Positions 52,548 to 64,000 of a DNA stretch of 64,000 nt are shown here, in pieces; positions within the stretch are counted from its first letter, which is position 1; every line of letters starts with the position of its first letter. Source of the stretch: Eledone cirrhosa (lineage: Eukaryota); contig OZ024740.1 in the NCBI GenBank assembly GCA_964016885.1, forward strand, positions 333,684,001 to 333,748,000, written 5' to 3'. The position numbers and the translations under genes were made by a program. The notes under the pieces were generated by a model. The model had not been told where the DNA came from. It saw only the letters and a program-made list of their open reading frames with translations, and searched no databases.

Positions 52548-53418
52548 TGTGTGTGTGCGTGTGTGTATGTGTGCATGTCACACCTCTATTTTAGAGAGAA
52601 AAAATGCCGACCCGCCTGGCCAAGCGTGCGAAAGAAAAGAATTACGCACAGGTCAAACGGGAAGAAGGAGGAGGAGGAGAGGTAGTAACAGAGAATGAGT
52701 GAGTGAAGAGTGAGGAAGAGGCTAACAGAGAGAGTGACTGCTAGAGAGGGTAAAGATACAGAGAAAGGGGAAGCAGTAAGAACGAAATAGACGGGTAACA
52801 GCAGGGGAAAACATATGTGTAAATATGAGAATAAACGTGCTGCGGGATTGTTAATGGGTTACATATGAATAAAGTTAGTCCTTCATCAGTGATCTTCCAA
52901 CCATCATTGGTATTTCATCGCTTTAAAGACCATATACCTCCGGTTGGTGCGAGCAACGGCTAAAAAAAGCCGTTGGGACACGTAAATAAAGGGGACATGA
53001 GTGTAAACAAACAAAAATGGTGAAGCAACGAAAAGTGAGGAAGAACGAGTCAAGTGCCAAATTTCTATGAATTTAAATTCGGTGAAATCGTGAACGAGAG
53101 AGAATAAAGACCATCAAACCTGGTTTAAATGTGAGCAAGGAAGGAATTTCGCACAGGTCTAACGGGAGGAAGAAGGGGTCTAGTCTGAATTCGGTAAACA
53201 TAAGTTCTGTGAAATGGTAGACGAGAGAGAGAAAAAATGCCGACCGGCCTGGCCAAGCGTGCGGTGGATGAAGTGTTGTATGTGTCTAATGCATCTTTCA
53301 CTGCATTTTGGTGCGTTGACAGCTATCCTTGCGTTGGGTTGTTAAGTTTTTTTCAACTCTCTCTCTCTCTCTGCCTATGTATATACACACACACACATAT
53401 GTATATATATATATATAT

Positions 53419-54870
53419 ATAATTAAGTTAAAGTGTACATCTACATATGTATACGGAAGTACTAGTATGCATATAAATACACACATGCATACATATGTAC
53501 ATGTACTGAGTTTTTCACTAGACACTTTACAGTGAGTGTCCAGCTAGTCTGTATGTAACCACACAGACGGACCGGGTTTTAGAGTCATACGAGTTTTCAA
53601 GGAAACACATTTCCTCTATTCTCCAGAGAGCCAGACAGGAATATTGGACTAGTTTCGATGTTATTACATCTCATCAGCAATATATACCCATCTTCCGGCT
53701 TCTCTAGAGAATTGTAAAAGCACATATCGTTATATGCTTTTTCTATGAAAATTAGTAGTGGGTAGACTAATTTGCATAGAACGTGAGTCATTGTACGCAC
53801 CGGTTCAGCGGAAACGATAAAAACAAATAACGAAACGAAATTAAATTTCGTTTCGCTTCTAACTCACTTTTGTATGACTGACGCTTAAATAATTAAGTTA
53901 AAGTGTACATCTACATATGTATACGGAAGTACTAGTATGCATATAAATACACACATGCATACATATGTACATGTACTGAGTTTTTCACTAGACACTTTAC
54001 AGTGAGTGTCCAGCTAGTCTGTATGTAACCACACAGACGGACCGGGTTTTAGAGTCATACGAGTTTTCAAGGAAACACATTTCCTCTATTCTCCAGAGAG
54101 CCAGACAGGAATATTGGACTAGTTTCGATGTTATTACATCTCATCAGCAATATATACCCATCTTCCGGCTTCTCTAGAGAATTGTAAAAGCACATATCGT
54201 TATATGCTTTTTCTATGAAAATTAGTAGTGGGTAGACTAATTTGCATAGAACGTGAGTCATTGTACGCACCGGTCCAGCGGAAACGATAAAAACAAATAA
54301 CGAAACGAAATTAAATTTCGTTTCGCTTCTAACTCACTTTTGTATGACTGACGCTTAAATAATTAAGTTAAAGTGTACATCTACATATGTATACGGAAGT
54401 ACTAGTATGCATATAAATACACACATGCATACATATGTACATATACTGAGTTTTTCACTAGACACTTTACAGTGAGTGTCCAGCTAGTCTGTATGTAACC
54501 ACACAGACGGACCGGGTTTTAGAGTCATACGAGTTTTCAAGGAAACACATTTCCTCTATTCTCCAGAGAGCCAGACAGGAATATTGGACTAGTTTCGATG
54601 TTATTACATCTCATCAGCAATATATACCCATCTTCCGGCTTCTCTAGAGAATTGTAAAAGCACATATCGTTATATGCTTTTTCTATGAAAATTAGTAGTG
54701 GGTAGACTAATTTGCATAGAACGTGAGTCATTGTACGCACCGGTTCAGCGGAAACGATAAAAACAAATAACGAAACGAAATTAAATTTCGTTTCGCTTCT
54801 AACTCACTTTTGTATGACTGACGCTTAAATAATTAAGTTAAAGTGTACATCTACATATGTATACGGAAGT
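53419..54870 (-). repeat. Inverted arm of the 470-bp hammerhead satellite (~3.1 units)
   Basis: Reverse complement of the downstream array. HHRs at 53641-53683, 54111-54153 and 54581-54623. Confidence 0.97.
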
Positions 54871-57800
54871 GTGTATTTATATGCATACTAGTACTTCCGT
54901 ATACATATGTAGATGTACACTTTAACTTAATTATTTAAGCGTCAGTCATACAAAAGTGAGTTAGAAGCGAAACGAAATTTAATTTCGTTTCGTTATTTGT
55001 TTTTATCGTTTCCGCTGAACCGGTGCGTACAATGACTCACGTTCTATGCAAATTAGTCTACCCACTACTAATTTTCATAGAAAAAGCATATAACGATATG
55101 TGCTTTTACAATTCTCTAGAGAAGCCGGAAGATGGGTATATATTGCTGATGAGATGTAATAACATCGAAACTAGTCCAATATTCCTGTCTGGCTCTCTGG
55201 AGAATAGAGGAAATGTGTTTCCTTGAAAACTCGTATGACTCTAAAACCCGGTCCGTCTGTGTGGTTACATACAGACTAGCTGGACACTCACTGTAAAGTG
55301 TCTAGTGAAAAACTCAGTACATGTACATATGTATGTATGTGTGTATTTATATGCATACTAGTACTTCCGTATACATATGTAGATGTACACTTTAACTTAA
55401 TTATTTAAGCGTCAGTCATACAAAAGTGAGTTAGAAGCGAAACGAAATTTAATTTCGTTTCGTTATTTGTTTTTATCGTTTCCGCTGAACCGGTGCGTAC
55501 AATGACTCACGTTCTATGCAAATTAGTCTACCCACTACTAATTTTCATAGAAAAAGCATATAACGATATGTGCTTTTACAATTCTCTAGAGAAGCCGGAA
55601 GATGGGTATATATTGCTGATGAGATGTAATAACATCGAAACTAGTCCAATATTCCTGTCTGGCTCTCTGGAGAATAGAGGAAATGTGTTTCCTTGAAAAC
55701 TCGTATGACTCTAAAACCCGGTCCGTCTGTGTGGTTACATACAGACTAGCTGGACACTCACTGTAAAGTGTCTAGTGAAAAACTCAGTACATGTACATAT
55801 GTATGCATGTGTGTATTTATATGCATACTAGTACTTCCGTATACATATGTAGATGTACACTTTAACTTAATTATTTAAGCGTCAGTCATACAAAAGTGAG
55901 TTAGAAGCGAAACGAAATTTAATTTCGTTTCGTTATTTGTTTTTATCGTTTCCGCTGAACCGGTGCGTACAATGACTCACGTTCTATGCAAATTAGTCTA
56001 CCCACTACTAATTTTCATAGAAAAAGCATATAACGATATGTGCTTTTACAATTCTCTAGAGAAGCCGGAAGATGGGTATATATTGCTGATGAGATGTAAT
56101 AACATCGAAACTAGTCCAATATTCCTGTCTGGCTCTCTGGAGAATAGAGGAAATGTGTTTCCTTGAAAACTCGTATGACTCTAAAACCCGGTCCGTCTGT
56201 GTGGTTACATACAGACTAGCTGGACACTCACTGTAAAGTGTCTAGTGAAAAACTCAGTACATGTACATATGTATGCATGTGTGTATTTATATGCATACTA
56301 GTACTTCCGTATACATATGTAGATGTACACTTTAACTTAATTATTTAAGCGTCAGTCATACAAAAGTGAGTTAGAAGCGAAACGAAATTTAATTTCGTTT
56401 CGTTATTTGTTTTTATCGTTTCCGCTGAACCGGTGCGTACAATGACTCACGTTCTATGCAAATTAGTCTACCCACTACTAATTTTCATAGAAAAAGCATA
56501 TAACGATATGTGCTTTTACAATTCTCTAGAGAAGCCGGAAGATGGGTATATATTGCTGATGAGATGTAATAACATCGAAACTAGTCCAATATTCCTGTCT
56601 GGCTCTCTGGAGAATAGAGGAAATGTGTTTCCTTGAAAACTCGTATGACTCTAAAACCCGGTCCGTCTGTGTGGTTACATACAGACTAGCTGGACACTCA
56701 CTGTAAAGTGTCTAGTGAAAAACTCAGTACATGTACATATGTATGCATGTGTGTATTTATATGCATACTAGTACTTCCGTATACATATGTAGATGTACAC
56801 TTTAACTTAATTATTTAAGCGTCAGTCATACAAAAGTGAGTTAGAAGCGAAACGAAATTTAATTTCGTTTCGTTATTTGTTTTTATCGTTTCCGCTGAAC
56901 CGGTGCGTACAATGACTCACGTTCTATGCAAATTAGTCTACCCACTACTAATTTTCATAGAAAAAGCATATAACGATATGTGCTTTTACAATTCTCTAGA
57001 GAAGCCGGAAGATGGGTATATATTGCTGATGAGATGTAATAACATCGAAACTAGTCCAATATTCCTGTCTGGCTCTCTGGAGAATAGAGGAAATGTGTTT
57101 CCTTGAAAACTCGTATGACTCTAAAACCCGGTCCGTCTGTGTGGTTACATACAGACTAGCTGGACACTCACTGTAAAGTGTCTAGTGAAAAACTCAGTAC
57201 ATGTACATATGTATGCATGTGTGTATTTATATGCATACTAGTACTTCCGTATACATATGTAGATGTACACTTTAACTTAATTATTTAAGCGTCAGTCATA
57301 CAAAAGTGAGTTAGAAGCGAAACGAAATTTAATTTCGTTTCGTTATTTGTTTTTATCGTTTCCGCTGAACCGGTGCGTACAATGACTCACGTTCTATGCA
57401 AATTAGTCTACCCACTACTAATTTTCATAGAAAAAGCATATAACGATATGTGCTTTTACAATTCTCTAGAGAAGCCGGAAGATGGGTATATATTGCTGAT
57501 GAGATGTAATAACATCGAAACTAGTCCAATATTCCTGTCTGGCTCTCTGGAGAATAGAGGAAATGTGTTTCCTTGAAAACTCGTATGACTCTAAAACCCG
57601 GTCCGTCTGTGTGGTTACATACAGACTAGCTGGACACTCACTGTAAAGTGTCTAGTGAAAAACTCAGTACATGTACATATGTATGCATGTGTGTATTTAT
57701 ATGCATACTAGTACTTCCGTATACATATGTAGATGTACACTTTAACTTAATTATTTAAGCGTCAGTCATACAAAAGTGAGTTAGAAGCGAAACGAAATTT

Positions 57801-60800
57801 AATTTCGTTTCGTTATTTGTTTTTATCGTTTCCGCTGAACCGGTGCGTACAATGACTCACGTTCTATGCAAATTAGTCTACCCACTACTAATTTTCATAG
57901 AAAAAGCATATAACGATATGTGCTTTTACAATTCTCTAGAGAAGCCGGAAGATGGGTATATATTGCTGATGAGATGTAATAACATCGAAACTAGTCCAAT
58001 ATTCCTGTCTGGCTCTCTGGAGAATAGAGGAAATGTGTTTCCTTGAAAACTCGTATGACTCTAAAACCCGGTCCGTCTGTGTGGTTACATACAGACTAGC
58101 TGGACACTCACTGTAAAGTGTCTAGTGAAAAACTCAGTACATGTACATATGTATGCATGTGTGTATTTATATGCATACTAGTACTTCCGTATACATATGT
58201 AGATGTAAACTTTAACTTAATTATTTAAGCGTCAGTCATACAAAAGTGAGTTAGAAGCGAAACGAAATTTAATTTCGTTTCGTTATTTGTTTTTATCGTT
58301 TCCGCTGAACCGGTGCGTACAATGACTCACGTTCTATGCAAATTAGTCTACCCACTACTAATTTTCATAGAAAAAGCATATAACGATATGTGCTTTTACA
58401 ATTCTCTAGAGAAGCCGGAAGATGGGTATATATTGCTGATGAGATGTAATAACATCGAAACTAGTCCAATATTCCTGTCTGGCTCTCTGGAGAATAGAGG
58501 AAATGTGTTTCCTTGAAAACTCGTATGACTCTAAAACCCGGTCCGTCTGTGTGGTTACATACAGACTAGCTGGACACTCACTGTAAAGTGTCTAGTGAAA
58601 AACTCAGTACATGTACATATGTATGCATGTGTGTATTTATATGCATACTAGTACTTCCGTATACATATGTAGATGTACACTTTAACTTAATTATTTAAGC
58701 GTCAGTCATACAAAAGTGAGTTAGAAGCGAAACGAAATTTAATTTCGTTTCGTTATTTGTTTTTATCGTTTCCGCTGAACCGGTGCGTACAATGACTCAC
58801 GTTCTATGCAAATTAGTCTACCCACTACTAATTTTCATAGAAAAAGCATATAACGATATGTGCTTTTACAATTCTCTAGAGAAGCCGGAAGATGGGTATA
58901 TATTGCTGATGAGATGTAATAACATCGAAACTAGTCCAATATTCCTGTCTGGCTCTCTGGAGAATAGAGGAAATGTGTTTCCTTGAAAACTCGTATGACT
59001 CTAAAACCCGGTCCGTCTGTGTGGTTACATACAGACTAGCTGGACACTCACTGTAAAGTGTCTAGTGAAAAACTCAGTACATGTACATATGTATGCATGT
59101 GTGTATTTATATGCATACTAGTACTTCCGTATACATATGTAGATGTACACTTTAACTTAATTATTTAAGCGTCAGTCATACAAAAGTGAGTTAGAAGCGA
59201 AACGAAATTTAATTTCGTTTCGTTATTTGTTTTTATCGTTTCCGCTGAACCGGTGCGTACAATGACTCACGTTCTATGCAAATTAGTCTACCCACTACTA
59301 ATTTTCATAGAAAAAGCATATAACGATATGTGCTTTTACAATTCTCTAGAGAAGCCGGAAGATGGGTATATATTGCTGATGAGATGTAATAACATCGAAA
59401 CTAGTCCAATATTCCTGTCTGGCTCTCTGGAGAATAGAGGAAATGTGTTTCCTTGAAAACTCGTATGACTCTAAAACCCGGTCCGTCTGTGTGGTTACAT
59501 ACAGACTAGCTGGACACTCACTGTAAAGTGTCTAGTGAAAAACTCAGTACATGTACATATGTATGCATGTGTGTATTTATATGCATACTAGTACTTCCGT
59601 ATACATATGTAGATGTACACTTTAACTTAATTATTTAAGCGTCAGTCATACAAAAGTGAGTTAGAAGCGAAACGAAATTTAATTTCGTTTCGTTATTTGT
59701 TTTTATCGTTTCCGCTGAACCGGTGCGTACAATGACTCACGTTCTATGCAAATTAGTCTACCCACTACTAATTTTCATAGAAAAAGCATATAACGATATG
59801 TGCTTTTACAATTCTCTAGAGAAGCCGGAAGATGGGTATATATTGCTGATGAGATGTAATAACATCGAAACTAGTCCAATATTCCTGTCTGGCTCTCTGG
59901 AGAATAGAGGAAATGTGTTTCCTTGAAAACTCGTATGACTCTAAAACCCGGTCCGTCTGTGTGGTTACATACAGACTAGCTGGACACTCACTGTAAAGTG
60001 TCTAGTGAAAAACTCAGTACATGTACATATGTATGCATGTGTGTATTTATATGCATACTAGTACTTCCGTATACATATGTAGATGTACACTTTAACTTAA
60101 TTATTTAAGCGTCAGTCATACAAAAGTGAGTTAGAAGCGAAACGAAATTTAATTTCCTTTCGTTATTTGTTTTTATCGTTTCCGCTGAACCGGTGCGTAC
60201 AATGACTCACGTTCTATGCAAATTAGTCTACCCACTACTAATTTTCATAGAAAAAGTATATAACGATATGTGCTTTTACAATTCTCTAGAGAAGCCGGAA
60301 GATGGGTATATATTGCTGATGAGATGTAATAACATCGAAACTAGTCCAATATTCCTGTCTGGCTCTCTGGAGAATAGAGGAAATGTGTTTCCTTGAAAAC
60401 TCGTATGACTCTAAAACCCGGTCCGTCTGTGTGGTTACATACAGACTAGCTGGACACTCACTGTAAAGTGTCTAGTGAAAAACTCAGTACATGTACATAT
60501 GTATGCATGTGTGTATTTATATGCATACTAGTACTTCCGTATACATATGTAGATGTACACTTTAACTTAATTATTTAAGCGTCAGTCATACAAAAGTGAG
60601 TTAGAAGCGAAACGAAATTTAATTTCGTTTCGTTATTTGTTTTTATCGTTTCCGCTGAACCGGTGCGTACAATGACTCACGTTCTATGCAAATTAGTCTA
60701 CCCACTACTAATTTTCATAGAAAAAGCATATAACGATATGTGCTTTTACAATTCTCTAGAGAAGCCGGAAGATGGGTATATATTGCTGATGAGATGTAAT

Positions 60801-63800
60801 AACATCGAAACTAGTCCAATATTCCTGTCTGGCTCTCTGGAGAATAGAGGAAATGTGTTTCCTTGAAAACTCGTATGACTCTAAAACCCGGTCCGTCTGT
60901 GTGGTTACATACAGACTAGCTGGACACTCACTGTAAAGTGTCTAGTGAAAAACTCAGTACATGTACATATGTATGCATGTGTGTATTTATATGCATACTA
61001 GTACTTCCGTATACATATGTAGATGTACACTTTAACTTAATTATTTAAGCGTCAGTCATACAAAAGTGAGTTAGAAGCGAAACGAAATTTAATTTCGTTT
61101 CGTTATTTGTTTTTATCGTTTCCGCTGAACCGGTGCGTACAATGACTCACGTTCTATGCAAATTAGTCTACCCACTACTAATTTTCATAGAAAAAGCATA
61201 TAACGATATGTGCTTTTACAATTCTCTAGAGAAGCCGGAAGATGGGTATATATTGCTGATGAGATGTAATAACATCGAAACTAGTCCAATATTCCTGTCT
61301 GGCTCTCTGGAGAATAGAGGAAATGTGTTTCCTTGAAAACTCGTATGACTCTAAAACCCGGTCCGTCTGTGTGGTTACATACAGACTAGCTGGACACTCA
61401 CTGTAAAGTGTCTAGTGAAAAACTCAGTACATGTACATATGTATGCATGTGTGTATTTATATGCATACTAGTACTTCCGTATACATATGTAGATGTACAC
61501 TTTAACTTAATTATTTAAGCGTCAGTCATACAAAAGTGAGTTAGAAGCGAAACGAAATTTAATTTCGTTTCGTTATTTGTTTTTATCGTTTCCGCTGAAC
61601 CGGTGCGTACAATGACTCACGTTCTATGCAAATTAGTCTACCCACTACTAATTTTCATAGAAAAAGCATATAACGATATGTGCTTTTACAATTCTCTAGA
61701 GAAGCCGGAAGATGGGTATATATTGCTGATGAGATGTAATAACATCGAAACTAGTCCAATATTCCTGTCTGGCTCTCTGGAGAATAGAGGAAATGTGTTT
61801 CCTTGAAAACTCGTATGACTCTAAAACCCGGTCCGTCTGTGTGGTTACATACAGACTAGCTGGACACTCACTGTAAAGTGTCTAGTGAAAAACTCAGTAC
61901 ATGTACATATGTATGCATGTGTGTATTTATATGCATACTAGTACTTCCGTATACATATGTAGATGTACACTTTAACTTAATTATTTAAGCGTCAGTCATA
62001 CAAAAGTGAGTTAGAAGCGAAACGAAATTTAATTTCGTTTCGTTATTTGTTTTTATCGTTTCCGCTGAACCGGTGCGTACAATGACTCACGTTCTATGCA
62101 AATTAGTCTACCCACTACTAATTTTCATAGAAAAAGCATATAACGATATGTGCTTTTACAATTCTCTAGAGAAGCCGGAAGATGGGTATATATTGCTGAT
62201 GAGATGTAATAACATCGAAACTAGTCCAATATTCCTGTCTGGCTCTCTGGAGAATAGAGGAAATGTGTTTCCTTGAAAACTCGTATGACTCTAAAACCCG
62301 GTCCGTCTGTGTGGTTACATACAGACTAGCTGGACACTCACTGTAAAGTGTCTAGTGAAAAACTCAGTACATGTACATATGTATGCATGTGTGTATTTAT
62401 ATGCATACTAATACTTCCGTATACATATGTAGATGTACACTTTAACTTAATTATTTAAGCGTCAGTCATACAAAAGTGAGTTAGAAGCGAAACGAAATTT
62501 AATTTCGTTTCGTTATTTGTTTTTATCGTTTCCGCTGAACCGGTGCGTACAATGACTCACGTTCTATGCAAATTAGTCTACCCACTACTAATTTTCATAG
62601 AAAAAGCATATAACGATATGTGCTTTTACAATTCTCTAGAGAAGCCGGAAGATGGGTATATATTGCTGATGAGATGTAATAACATCGAAACTAGTCCAAT
62701 ATTCCTGTCTGGCTCTCTGGAGAATAGAGGAAATGTGTTTCCTTGAAAACTCGTATGACTCTAAAACCCGGTCCGTCTGTGTGGTTACATACAGACTAGC
62801 TGGACACTCACTGTAAAGTGTCTAGTGAAAAACTCAGTACATGTACATATGTATGCATGTGTGTATTTATATGCATACTAGTACTTCCGTATACATATGT
62901 AGATGTACACTTTAACTTAATTATTTAAGCGTCAGTCATACAAAAGTGAGTTAGAAGCGAAACGAAATTTAATTTCGTTTCGTTATTTGTTTTTATCGTT
63001 TCCGCTGAACCGGTGCGTACAATGACTCACGTTCTATGCAAATTAGTCTACCCACTACTAATTTTCATAGAAAAAGCATATAACGATATGTGCTTTTACA
63101 ATTCTCTAGAGAAGCCGGAAGATGGGTATATATTGCTGATGAGATGTAATAACATCGAAACTAGTCCAATATTCCTGTCTGGCTCTCTGGAGAATAGAGG
63201 AAATGTGTTTCCTTGAAAACTCGTATGACTCTAAAACCCGGTCCGTCTGTGTGGTTACATACAGACTAGCTGGACACTCACTGTAAAGTGTCTAGTGAAA
63301 AACTCAGTACATGTACATATGTATGCATGTGTGTATTTATATGCATACTAGTACTTCCGTATACATATGTAGATGTACACTTTAACTTAATTATTTAAGC
63401 GTCAGTCATACAAAAGTGAGTTAGAAGCGAAACGAAATTTAATTTCGTTTCGTTATTTGTTTTTATCGTTTCCGCTGAACCGGTGCGTACAATGACTCAC
63501 GTTCTATGCAAATTAGTCTACCCACTACTAATTTTCATAGAAAAAGCATATAACGATATGTGCTTTTACAATTCTCTAGAGAAGCCGGAAGATGGGTATA
63601 TATTGCTGATGAGATGTAATAACATCGAAACTAGTCCAATATTCCTGTCTGGCTCTCTGGAGAATAGAGGAAATGTGTTTCCTTGAAAACTCGTATGACT
63701 CTAAAACCCGGTCCGTCTGTGTGGTTACATACAGACTAGCTGGACACTCACTGTAAAGTGTCTAGTGAAAAACTCAGTACATGTACATATGTATGCATGT

Positions 63801-64000
63801 GTGTATTTATATGCATACTAGTACTTCCGTATACATATGTAGATGTACACTTTAACTTAATTATTTAAGCGTCAGTCATACAAAAGTGAGTTAGAAGCGA
63901 AACGAAATTTAATTTCGTTTCGTTATTTGTTTTTATCGTTTCCGCTGAACCGGTGCGTACAATGACTCACGTTCTATGCAAATTAGTCTACCCACTACTA
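54871..64000 (+). repeat. 470-bp tandem array (>=19.4 units, runs off the window), hammerhead-containing, retrozyme-like
   Basis: Exact 470-bp period (the ORF track repeats every 470). Only isolated substitutions seen. Confidence 0.98.
55140..55182 (+). ncRNA. Canonical minimal type I hammerhead ribozyme, repeated at 55140+470k (k=0..18)
   Basis: atattg-CTGATGA-gatgt(aata)acatc-GAAA-ctag-TC^caatat: 6-bp stem I, 5-bp stem II, palindromic stem III actagt, GUC cleavage after 55176. Confidence 0.93.

Noticed and set aside
52875-52900. CTGATGA on the minus strand as a hammerhead core
   Set aside because: No stem II/GAAA or stem I partner downstream.
55023-55226. 67-aa ORF repeated in every 470-bp unit
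   Set aside because: GTG start, no recognisable domain, and it overlaps the ribozyme cleavage site. Its conservation only reflects repeat identity.
53419-64000. CRISPR-like array or tandem tRNA/5S/snRNA genes
   Set aside because: No variable spacers. I could not find Pol III A/B boxes, a cloverleaf or a known snRNA/rRNA sequence in the unit.

Overview
Eukaryotic, AT-rich DNA dense in microsatellites and transposons. The SINE families and repeat landscape suggest a cephalopod (octopus-like) genome, which is an inference. I found no convincing host protein-coding gene. The window holds at least five decayed Penelope-like elements (PLEs; RT and/or GIY-YIG), a CR1-group LINE, Tx1/L1 and RTE fragments, non-autonomous Helitrons, a hAT-like MITE and many tRNA-derived SINEs. 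The main signal is self-cleaving RNA. The last ~10.6 kb (53419 to the window end) is an almost invariant array of 470-bp units. Each unit carries a perfect minimal type I hammerhead ribozyme (HHR) within a highly structured RNA. The array starts in a (TA)n tract and opens with a 1.45-kb fold-back inversion, the same architecture as the PLE insertions here. This fits a young retrozyme-like (putative circular RNA) element mobilised by PLE machinery. A second, 318-bp HHR tandem repeat and about eight other HHR or HHR-like motif families occur elsewhere, many with U3:A8 or U4C core variants. All motifs and alignments were read by eye, so element boundaries are approximate.
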